A stretch of 64,000 nt of DNA from NCBI GenBank assembly GCA_002707605.1, contig PANK01000012.1, forward strand, positions 6,731-70,730, given 5' to 3'. The notes beneath the pieces are model-generated. The model was not told the DNA's origin, ran no database searches, and saw only the letters and a list, made by a program, of their open reading frames with translations. The position numbers and the translations under genes were made by a program. Origin of the DNA: Hoeflea sp. GTDB taxonomy: Bacteria > Pseudomonadota > Alphaproteobacteria > Rhizobiales > Rhizobiaceae. Positions 36,872 to 45,900 of this stretch are shown in pieces; position 1 is the stretch's first letter, and each line of letters begins with the position of its first letter.

Positions 36872-37459
36872 TCAGCCAAAGGCGGCCATCTGCAATTCGG
36901 CCGCCTTGCGATCGACGGTCTGGCCGGGATTTTCGACATGTCGTTCGAAGGGCTTCCAGGCTTCGCCGACGACCTCTTCGTAGGCCGCCACCACGCCTTC
37001 GGCGGCGCAGCGGAGCGCATGGGCCTGAATGCCCATATCGGCGGCGAATTCGCGCTTGCGCTGCGCGGCACTGTCGAATCCGACCGGACCGTCGAGGTCC
37101 GCGTCGCGGTCGTCGTTTGCGTTTCTGGCCGTTGCATCGCGGGCTTCCGAGACCGACCGGGAGTAGAACTGACCGGCGCCATGGGCTGAACCGACATAGG
37201 AGCCCACGATCCGCTGGAGATGGATCTGCATGGCCCGTTCGCCGAGGCCTTCGTTCAATGAGTCGGCCGTGTCGATGATGATCTTGCGATGAAGATCACG
37301 GATGCCGTCGCTGTCGATGACGGGGAGGCCGAAGCTTTCGGAAATGAGCGATGCCTGGGCGCTGTCGGGACAGGCGAGGCGGACCATTTCGAGGGAGGCG
37401 CCCTTTCGGAGCTGGACGACCTTGCTGGATTGACGGTTGGAACGAGCGGTTCTGGTCAT
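36872..37459 (-). CDS. Hypothetical protein (195 aa)
   Basis: The internal start MTRTARSN at 37459 is preceded by GGAAAGGA. The upstream part of the 351-aa ORF is R/P/S/G-rich and looks non-coding. Confidence 0.55.
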   Translation of the reverse strand: MTRTARSNRQSSKVVQLRKGASLEMVRLACPDSAQASLISESFGLPVIDSDGIRDLHRKIIIDTADSLNEGLGERAMQIHLQRIVGSYVGSAHGAGQFYSRSVSEARDATARNANDDRDADLDGPVGFDSAAQRKREFAADMGIQAHALRCAAEGVVAAYEEVVGEAWKPFERHVENPGQTVDRKAAELQMAAFG

Positions 37460-37960
37460 GTGAGAGTCCTTTCCTTCACGGTCTGGCCGAAGGCTCGAGC
37501 CGACCCCTGCCGGCCCTCCCCTCGGGCGCGGTCCAGAAAAACCGGCGGAAGGAGGAGGCTTCAGGGTCCGTGCGGACCAAAGCCGAGCGGACCAGCCTTG
37601 CGGGCAAGCGGGGCTTATTGCCCTCGCGCCGTCCCGCTGGGCTGGTTTGTCGAGGCTGGCGCGCATGGCCGCTCCGCGGCGCGCCAGCGGCCTTGAAGGC
37701 TCCGGCCGCCGGTTTAGGACCGAAGCCAAAACCGAAGGGAGGCCGGCAGGGGGTGGCGTTCCACCGAAGCTGACCCATGAAGGAAATGACGATGACCCGG
37801 ACCGCCCGCCCGTCATCCCGAGAGGCTGGACCACCACGGCATCTTGCGGCCGAACATTGCCGTCCTCGCTTCTTCCTGACGATGGCGGTCGCACACGCCC
37901 GACGAGCGAGCTCCCGTGACAAGGCATCGATCATGTCAGGTCCTTCGACATCTGCAGGCA

Positions 37961-38278
37961 TCAGCCGACAGGCGCCTTGCATGCGCTATCGGTGCGTAGA
38001 CGGGCGGATCCGGGTCGTTTTTCCGCGCTTGGCTCTCGCGTGGTGCTCCATACGGGAAACGGTGTTGCTCCCGGCGTGTAGTCGGCCGGAATCACGACAG
38101 GTACCATCGATGCGGCGAGGTCTTCGCCAGCGACGGCCCAATCGACTATCGTGCCGGGCGCCGGAACAGCCGCTGCACAAGGGTCGAACTGGTTCTCCAA
38201 AGCAGCTGCGACAGCCGAACGGGGACTGGCGGCCTGCGTGTCGACGAGGATGTGTACCGCGACGAGATAGGTGGTCAT
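37961..38278 (-). CDS. Hypothetical protein (105 aa)
   Basis: The internal start MTTYLVAV at 38278 is preceded by GGAGAC. I recognise no family. Confidence 0.35.
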   Translation of the reverse strand: MTTYLVAVHILVDTQAASPRSAVAAALENQFDPCAAAVPAPGTIVDWAVAGEDLAASMVPVVIPADYTPGATPFPVWSTTREPSAEKRPGSARLRTDSACKAPVG

Positions 38279-38474
38279 CGGTTGGGTCTCCGTGCTGGAC
38301 AGTTGAAGCGTGGCGCGCGGATCGAGACGAGCACCGCTCGCTTCCAGGCATCGGCGCCCGTGAAGCGATGGCGATGGCGCGTGTGCTGGACAACAAGACG
38401 GGGACGTGCACCCTCCATCCCGAATACAGCCCGCCAGCCGAAGCGGACCGCGATCGCTTTCCATGGGATGGACA

Positions 38475-39353
38475 TCACCTTCCCCCGGCGACAAAGCTCG
38501 AGGGCCCGCCATAGGATGCGTGGCGCGCCGGATCGACGACGAAGCCAAAACGGCCGACCTCGTACTCGCCGGCCGGGACCAGAAAGCGCCGGCGCTCGAT
38601 ACCCTCGCCACGGCCTCCACCCAATGTGGCGACCACCTCAACGAAACCATCGTGGTGCTCTGAGCTGATTGCCGAGACGACAACCCAGTCCCCCCTATGC
38701 AGCGCCTCGAAGGCCCGGCGATCCTTCTCGCGGGACTCGCCGGGCTGCAGAACGGTTCCGAAGATCGCCTCCCAGGCGTCCGGCCAGGAGTCCTTCAGGG
38801 TCTGCTCGGCACATCGCCGTTCGAACCCGGTGAACAGGTGCGGGAAGGTGATCGCAACGATCGCCCATTCGGCGTCTTCCTCGTACCAGCCGTCCTTTTT
38901 CCGGAGCCTGGAGTCGACGCTGGCATTGCGGGCGCCCGAGAGATGGAAACCGCCATGTCCGGCTGTCGAATGGCAGATGATGCCCTCGGCAAAGACCGTC
39001 GCGCCCTGCGAGGGTCCCCACGGCGTATAGGCGCGGGAGCGCATTTCCCGGCGGCCGAGCGCGCGCTTTTCGCGATTGTGCTCGGCCTGCTCGAGCACTT
39101 TTGCCCTGAATTCCGCCTCGCCCGCGAGCTGGCCACCATGCGAGTAGAAGTCACTGCGGGTGAGTTCCGCCAGTGGCCGGCGCGCGCACCAGCATGTGGC
39201 GAGGAAATACTGGCCGCTGTGCCCCGGCAGCATGGCAAAGACAGTGTCATCGACGCGCGCCACGGGAAACTCTTCAGCGCTGATGCCGAACCGAGCCTCC
39301 GACTGGTCTGGCGTTCCGCCGTGTCGAGGGTGAAATGGCTGAGAACGGATCAT
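38475..39353 (-). CDS. Conserved hypothetical protein (292 aa)
   Basis: A clean ORF overlapping the upstream gene by 4 nt (ATGA). It contains HSTAGHGGFHLS..WYEEDAEWAIV. I recall similar genes next to parB-like genes on alphaproteobacterial ICEs and plasmids. Confidence 0.6.
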   Translation of the reverse strand: MIRSQPFHPRHGGTPDQSEARFGISAEEFPVARVDDTVFAMLPGHSGQYFLATCWCARRPLAELTRSDFYSHGGQLAGEAEFRAKVLEQAEHNREKRALGRREMRSRAYTPWGPSQGATVFAEGIICHSTAGHGGFHLSGARNASVDSRLRKKDGWYEEDAEWAIVAITFPHLFTGFERRCAEQTLKDSWPDAWEAIFGTVLQPGESREKDRRAFEALHRGDWVVVSAISSEHHDGFVEVVATLGGGRGEGIERRRFLVPAGEYEVGRFGFVVDPARHASYGGPSSFVAGGR

Positions 39354-39823
39354 GCAGCCCTCCCCTCGACCTGATCGGCCGCGGCCTCGTCGGCGGTCAC
39401 CTCACGGAGCACGGCGTTCGGATAGCCGTGCCGCGACAACCATTCATCGGCGGCCTGACGGTTGGCCGCGACATGGACGAGCTCGGCCTCATCGCCGGGG
39501 CGGTCGAGCACAAGGACGGATCCGATGGCGGGTCGTTCGACCACCGTGAAGGCGAGGTCGCTATCGACCGAAAAGGTCTTGAAGACCCTGAGCACGATCA
39601 CCGCCTTGCTACCGAAATCGCCCTCATGAAGCGTGATCGCGGCCGGTATTGTGGTTTCGCCGACGCGTGTGCCGGCCCGTTTCCTGACGAGCCGGCCGGT
39701 GTTGTTGCGACTTTCCCAGGCCCGCAGCTTGCGCCGATGGCGCTCGGGGGGCCGTGGTGTGCCGTCGGAATAGCGGATAATCGCGCCCAGCGGCACGTGG
39801 TCAAATATCAGTTGCGCGGACAT
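39350..39823 (-). CDS. Hypothetical protein (157 aa)
   Basis: A clean ORF translationally coupled to the downstream gene. Confidence 0.55.
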   Translation of the reverse strand: MSAQLIFDHVPLGAIIRYSDGTPRPPERHRRKLRAWESRNNTGRLVRKRAGTRVGETTIPAAITLHEGDFGSKAVIVLRVFKTFSVDSDLAFTVVERPAIGSVLVLDRPGDEAELVHVAANRQAADEWLSRHGYPNAVLREVTADEAAADQVEGRAA

Positions 39824-39912
39824 GACGTCCTCCTGTTGTGGATGCTAAAACGGAAGCGCCGCCGGCGTGGACCGGCGGCGGGTTGGGCATTCGAAAGAAG
39901 AGGGTGGTGGGG

Positions 39913-41580
39913 CTATTCGGCGGCCTCGCGGAACCCTTCGCTGGCGTCCTGGTTCGGGTCGACGGGTTCGGCATCCGTGCCGCCCGGCTCCTCGTCCTCC
40001 TCGGTAACCGCGTTGGAGGCGAGCCATGCGCCGAGCGCATCGCGGTCAGGTGCGAAGAACGCCGAGGGATGAACGAAACTCTGCTCGTTGAACGCCTCGA
40101 CCAGCGCCGCCCGCGTATCCTTGACCCGGGCCCGCGGCAGGACGGACGTGCCTTCGCACGACGCCTCGAGGGCGGAGCGCGACAGGCAGGACAGAAATTC
40201 TTCCGTGCCCATATTCGGCAGGAAGCCGTCCGCGCCGATCACATCGCCCGCAGCGCGAGCAACGATGCCGCTATTGGTCCGGTTCCCCTGGCAGGAGAGC
40301 ACCTCGATCAGCATGGAGCGGACCGCGATGCGCAGGGTCTCCATGTCGAAGGAGAGCTTGCCCTCGGCGTCGAAGAGCGCCGCCGCGTGACGCGCGATCC
40401 GCCGATTGCCATAGTAATAATCGTCTCCACCGCCATTGGCGGAATCGACCCTGACATTTTGGCCGGAGAAGGCGAGGACCAGCAAGGCCATCAGCGTGTC
40501 GTCCTCGATCGGCGCACGGCCGAGCGCCTCATGAAGGGCATCGGTGCGGAAGTCGCCGATCATCTCGATGCCCTTGCGGGTGACGTCGGGCCGCGTCTTG
40601 GGCATCGCGACGGCATCCTCGCCCGAAGATCCGTTTCCCTTGGCCGCTTTCGGCTCCGGCATCCGGAAGTGAACGGTCTGCACCTTGCCGTCGCGATCGA
40701 GATACATGGCCGTGTGATCGGACTTTTTCGGCTTGCCGTAGACCCGCTCGGCCTTCTTGGGCAGCTCCGGTTGGCCCCATGTATTGGCCTCGGTGATGAC
40801 CCCCTTCTTGGGCAGGTTTCGCGTCATCCACTCCTGTTGAGCACCGAGATAGGCTTCGACGTCGGTGGTGTAGCGGCTGTCCTCGTCGGCGGGCGCGAAC
40901 AGGTCCTCGACCCATGAAATGCCATAGGCCCGAGCGAGTTCGTCATCGAAACTCGCGTCGCGCGCATACATCCGGGTCTTGGAAAGCCCGTTGGCCACGC
41001 TCCACCACGACACCTGAGGATCGCCCTTGCTGGGCTTGTGCGCCTTCCAGACCTCCTTCTGCTCCTCGAGCGAGGCGGCCGCGATCGTGCGGAGTTGGCT
41101 TTCGTTCGGCATGTCGCCCTTGGCCATGTGATCGAGCATGGCCGGCAGCACGTTGGCAAGCAGCCGAAGCTTCCGGATCTGGCGGACCGAGAGCGCGAGG
41201 GCCACGGCGATCGCCTCTTCGGTCCAGCCGATGGCGACGAGGCGCTCGATCGCGCGCCACTGGTCGACCGGATTGAGCCCTTCATGGGCGAGCGTTTCGA
41301 CGAGCGAGCGCATCGCGCCACCATCCTCGGCGGCTTCTCCGACGATGACCGCGATCTCGTCGAGACCGGCGGCGATCGCCTGCTTGACGCGGCGGTGCCC
41401 GGCCTGGATGACAAAGCCGTTGCCGCCATCAGCCTGAGGCGCCACGACTGGCGGCTGCACGATGCCGACCGCCTTGATCGTTGCGAGCAGCAGCGCATCG
41501 GCCTGGGGATTGGATTTCGAGCGGCGGGCCCTGTCGGGGTTTTCGACGAGCGCGCGCGGATCGACGAGCTTGATTTCCAT
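39913..41580 (-). CDS. ParB/Srx-like nuclease-domain protein (555 aa)
   Basis: Start MEIKLVDPRAL at 41580 is preceded by GGAGCA. It has the ParB-box-like motifs VQPPVV and QAGHRRVKQAI. Confidence 0.8.
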   Translation of the reverse strand: MEIKLVDPRALVENPDRARRSKSNPQADALLLATIKAVGIVQPPVVAPQADGGNGFVIQAGHRRVKQAIAAGLDEIAVIVGEAAEDGGAMRSLVETLAHEGLNPVDQWRAIERLVAIGWTEEAIAVALALSVRQIRKLRLLANVLPAMLDHMAKGDMPNESQLRTIAAASLEEQKEVWKAHKPSKGDPQVSWWSVANGLSKTRMYARDASFDDELARAYGISWVEDLFAPADEDSRYTTDVEAYLGAQQEWMTRNLPKKGVITEANTWGQPELPKKAERVYGKPKKSDHTAMYLDRDGKVQTVHFRMPEPKAAKGNGSSGEDAVAMPKTRPDVTRKGIEMIGDFRTDALHEALGRAPIEDDTLMALLVLAFSGQNVRVDSANGGGDDYYYGNRRIARHAAALFDAEGKLSFDMETLRIAVRSMLIEVLSCQGNRTNSGIVARAAGDVIGADGFLPNMGTEEFLSCLSRSALEASCEGTSVLPRARVKDTRAALVEAFNEQSFVHPSAFFAPDRDALGAWLASNAVTEEDEEPGGTDAEPVDPNQDASEGFREAAE

Positions 41581-41866
41581 CGGGATGCTCCTTTCGGGGT
41601 TTGGGAATCCGGCACCACGCCGATCCCGTTTTTCGTCTTCTTCCCGAAGACACTCCCCGGCCCGCAGAGCGGACGGGCCGGTGCAACTGCGGCCGAGCAT
41701 CCCTGCCCGGCAGGACGAGCATGGCTCGTGAGCCATCGCGACGACCGACGGGCCGGAATCGCGAGCGGCGCGGTTGAGGTGAAACCGTCAGCGGCCTGGC
41801 CGCTCTGCGAGGGGTACTTCTTCCTCCCCCTCCCCTGTCATGTTTACGGCTCTTGACCGCAGGTCG

Positions 41867-42694
41867 TCAGAACCGCCGTCGCGGCCGCGGCCTTCTCCAC
41901 ACGTGCCCGCGCTTCCACCGTTTCCCGGATGGGAGCCGGCGGACCTCCTGCATCGCCGCCACGCGTGCCGCCCGGAACCGTGCCTGAAGGACGCCGACGA
42001 TCTGTGCCGTGTCCAGAATCTGCGGACGCTCGTGCGCGGCCCGCACGAGACCTCCGCGGCCGAGCGCCACGACGACGCCGTGGCCCTCCGCCCGTCCGGG
42101 CAGAAGCCCCCAAAGATAACGCTCGATGGGCGTGGCATCCGGGGCAACGGGTTCCGCACCCGCGAAATCGAAAAAGGCGGGAACCCGGCAATCGAGCCAG
42201 TTCGGCGGAAAGCAATCTCCCGGGAAGGCGACCGTGTAGATTCCCCTCCAGGGTGTGGGCCGCAGCATTTGCCCACCTGCAGCAAAGCGCGGCGCATCGC
42301 GCTTGAGGCGGGTGCCGTCTACGACCCATATCAGGTTCGGATAGAAGGCCTCGCGCGCGGCGCGTTCGTCGGGCCGCAATTGGGAGTGCTGGAATTCCAG
42401 CACCAGTCCGTGCCCGGTCCTGACATCGGCGATGTGCCGCTCGCCGTCGGCGGCGACATGGACGAACTCCTGCCAATCGGCCGGAAATCGGCTCTTCCAT
42501 TGGCGATGCCATCGGGTTTCGGGTTCCCACCAGTGATCGCAGGTTCGCCTGCCGCGGTACGCCCAGTGATGGACGCGCCGGTCGCCGCATTTGGCGACCA
42601 TGGGCTGCGCGCAGGCCGGGCACAGGGCAGAAAGACCGTGGCTGGCTTCGACGCGTTTGTTGTTGACCAATGCATAGCGCATGTCCGGCTCCAT
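41867..42694 (-). CDS. CoiA-like family protein (zinc ribbon plus PD-(D/E)xK-like nuclease core)
   Basis: CPACAQPMVAKCG..HHWAY..E..WH..WK, then RHIADVRTGHGLVLEFQHSQLRPDERAAREAFYPNLIWVVDG. Confidence 0.65.
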   Translation of the reverse strand: MEPDMRYALVNNKRVEASHGLSALCPACAQPMVAKCGDRRVHHWAYRGRRTCDHWWEPETRWHRQWKSRFPADWQEFVHVAADGERHIADVRTGHGLVLEFQHSQLRPDERAAREAFYPNLIWVVDGTRLKRDAPRFAAGGQMLRPTPWRGIYTVAFPGDCFPPNWLDCRVPAFFDFAGAEPVAPDATPIERYLWGLLPGRAEGHGVVVALGRGGLVRAAHERPQILDTAQIVGVLQARFRAARVAAMQEVRRLPSGKRWKRGHVWRRPRPRRRF

Positions 42695-42947
42695 ATATAT
42701 TGACGAGCATCCGCCAGTGTGGCGGGCGCAGATTGTTTGTTTTGGATGGAAGCAAACCGCAGCATGGCCAGACGGAGCTGGTGCTGTCTTGATTCTCTTC
42801 GGCGTGACGGGGCAATGCCGGTCGCCGGTTATGATGACGGAATGTCGAACATGCCAGGCTCCGTCTTGTGCTCAGGCATGTTGCAAGATTAGCCGCCGAC
42901 CGGTTCCGGTCAACTCCGGTTGATCGACTATCCTCAGCGAGAGTTCC

Positions 42948-45900
42948 TCAGGCGGCGGCCCGTTCGGACCGTGTCGCTGAGTCCGCAAGCTCGGATTCGA
43001 TCTCGGCCAATTGCCGGCGTTTGTCTTCAAGCTCTCCCGCGAAGGCGAAGGCTTCGCCCTGGCGAGCGCGGTAGGAGGAGAGCCTGCGCTCCGCGTCCGC
43101 CAGACGCTGGCGATAGCGGAGCCGCTCGTCCTCGAATGCCGAAAGCGCGTGCTCGAGGCGTGAGACCGCGCCGAGCGGTGTCGTCGTGACCGGAAGTTCG
43201 ATTTCGTGTTCGGCACCGGTGCGCATCAGAATGGTCGTGTAGCGATATCCATCCGCACCGACCCGCTCGCCGGAGAATTCGACATCAAAGCCACCGATCG
43301 AGGCGATTGCTGTGTCACCCTCCTGCTGGAGCTGGACCAGGGTGAGGATCTCCTTCATCAGCGCCCTGCCGGCGGGCTTGCGCTCGGAATAGGATGTGCC
43401 GGCGACCGTCATGGCGAAAGCCTCGCCCGCGGTCGGGAGACGCAGGTCGATGTCCATGCCGATGTCGGCAATGCGGCGGGTCGCGATCTCGATGTCGCGT
43501 TCGGCCTCGCGGATCTGACGCCGGACCGCATGCTGATCGTCCATATGGGCGGCGCGCAAGCGCTCCAGCCGGGCGATGTCGGCTTCGAGCCCGGCTTTTT
43601 GCATCAAACGCGGGTCGCCCGACGCGATCGCCTTGGCCATCGCGAACTGGTTGGCCTGGCCCTCGCCCATGTCCTCCAGCCTGCGGATCGAGGTGTCGCC
43701 GGAAAGTGCGGCGGCGATGAAGCGGGCCTTGCGCTCGTTGTTCTGCCACATGGTGGCATCGAGCGAGCCCTCCGTCGCATAGGCGAAGATATCGATCTCG
43801 TCATGCTGATTGCCCTGCCGGCCGATGCGTCCCTCCCGCTGCTCGATCTGCGAGGGCAGCCAGGGCACGTCAAGGTGATGCAGGGCCTTGAGGCGCAGCT
43901 GGGCGTTGACGCCGGTGCCCATGGTTTCCGACGAGCCGATCAGGAACCGGACCTTGCCGGCATTGACGTCTCCGAACAAACGCTGCTTGGCCTGCGCGCG
44001 TCTGTAATCCTGCATGAAGGCGATTTCCGACGGCGGAACGCCCCTTCGCACGAGTTCGTCCCTGATCCAGCGATAGGCAGAGAACCCCCTGCTCTTTTCC
44101 ACGCTGATCGTGCCGAGATCGGAGAAGATCATCTGCGCGGCACCGGCCAGCTCAAAGCAATCGCCATCATGCTTGCGATAAGTGTTCTGTGAGGTTTCCG
44201 ACCAGATGCGGAATGCGTTGCCGATCAGGTCGTTGAGCTTGTTGTCGGGCTCGTCTCCATTGTCGGGATCGACCAGGCGCAGATCGATCGCGGCGTGGCG
44301 GCCGTCGGTGACCACCGACAGCAGGATGTCGTCTCCGGGCTTTGCCGGTCCCTCCCGTTCCTCGATCGCCTTGATGCGCGCATCGAGCACGGTCTGGTAG
44401 CGCTTGAAAGCGGCGGACGGCCTGGAGGTCCTGATCTGGCGCTTGGCCGTTGAGACCGCCGGCACCTTCACATACTGGCGCAAGTCCTCCGGCAGCACGA
44501 CATCCGCGAAGGAGCGGAACATGGCGATGAGCTCGGGGACGTTGACGAAGGTGGCGAACCGCGTCACCGGCTTGTATTTGCCCGATGGCTGAAGCTCGAG
44601 TTCGGTCGTCACATCGCCGAAGGTCGAGGCCCAGGCGTCGAACTCGTGGAGGCCACGCTCCTTCAGCGCCTCGATGCCGAGGAAGCGCTGCACCGAGAAC
44701 ATTTCGCCGAGCGTGTTGGTGATCGGGGTGCCCGAGGCCAGCACCAGCGCACGGCCGGGGTTCTTGGTTTCAACGAAGCGGGACTTGACGTAGAGGTCCC
44801 ACGCCCGCTGCGAGCCCGTAGGATCGACCCCCTTCAAGCTCGACATGTTGGTGGCAAAGGAGAGCTTGCGGAACTCCTGGGCCTCGTCGACGATGATCTG
44901 ATCGATACCGAGCTCGGAAATGGTCAGAAGATCGTCCTTGCGCGTCGCGAGCGCTTCGAGCCGTTCCTTGAGTCCCTCTTTCAGCCGCTCGAGCCGTTTG
45001 CGCGAGACGCGATCGTCGCTTTCGACCTTCGTCAGAAGCTCCTCGTAGAGCTCGAGTTCGTCGGAGATCATCTGCTGCTCGAACGCGGACGGAATCGAGA
45101 TGAACCTGAACGCCGAATGGGTGATGATGATCGCGTCCCAATTGGCTGTGGCGGCGCGGGCGAGGAAGCGATGCCGCTTTTCCTTTGTAAAGTTGGTCTC
45201 GTCGGCAACGAGGATGCGGGCGGTCGGGTAGAGCGCCAGGACCTCGCGCGCCGCCTGGGCGAGGCAGTGACCGGGAACGACGAGCATCGCCTTGGCGATC
45301 AGCCCGAGCCGCTTCTGCTCCATGATGGCGGCCGCCATGGTCATGGTCTTGCCGGCGCCGACGGCGTGGGCGAGATAGGTCGAACCCGCCGAGATGATAC
45401 GCCAGATGCCGCGTTTCTGGTGTCCATAAAGAGAAAAGGCGCCTGAGGCGCCCGGAAGCTGAAGGTGATCGCCGTTGAACGTTCGCGGAGCGATGTTGTT
45501 GAACCGGTCGTTATAATCCCGGGCAAGCCGGTCGGTGCGGTCGGGATCGGACCAGATCCAGGTCTGGAAGGCCGTCTTGATCTTTGTGAGCTTCTCCTTG
45601 GCCGCCTCGGTGTCGACCACATTGAGGACGCACTTTTCGCTGTCGCCCTCCCTCACGGTATCGAAGATCTGCGGCACCCGGCTGTTGAGCGCGTCGGCAA
45701 GCAGCTCGCCGGCGTGCCGCCGATCCGTGCCCCATTCCGAGGTCCCCGCGGCGGTATACCCGAGCTGTCGTGCCTCGACCGTCCAGGAGGCGAGTTCGGG
45801 CATGTGGCGGATCTTGATTTCGGCGCCCATCATCTCCCTGACGAAATCGACAATGTCGGTGGCGGGAATCCAGGGGGCACCCAGTCGCGCCGTGATATCG

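Noticed and set aside
36842-36874. Hairpin TGAGCGG-N19-CCGCTCA as a Shedu terminator
   Set aside because: The stem is only 7 bp with a 19-nt loop, no T-run follows on either strand, and it overlaps the stop codon of the convergent gene. This is too weak to call.
37460-37927. N-terminal 156 codons of the 351-aa ORF 36872..37927
   Set aside because: The composition is R/P/S/G-rich and low-complexity. A good ribosome-binding site (GGAAAGGA) precedes the internal ATG at 37459. I treat this stretch as non-coding leader, discussed in the findings.
37777-38514. 245-aa plus-strand ORF
   Set aside because: It is R/C/P-rich and overlaps two better minus-strand genes and the structured spacer. I recognise no motifs.
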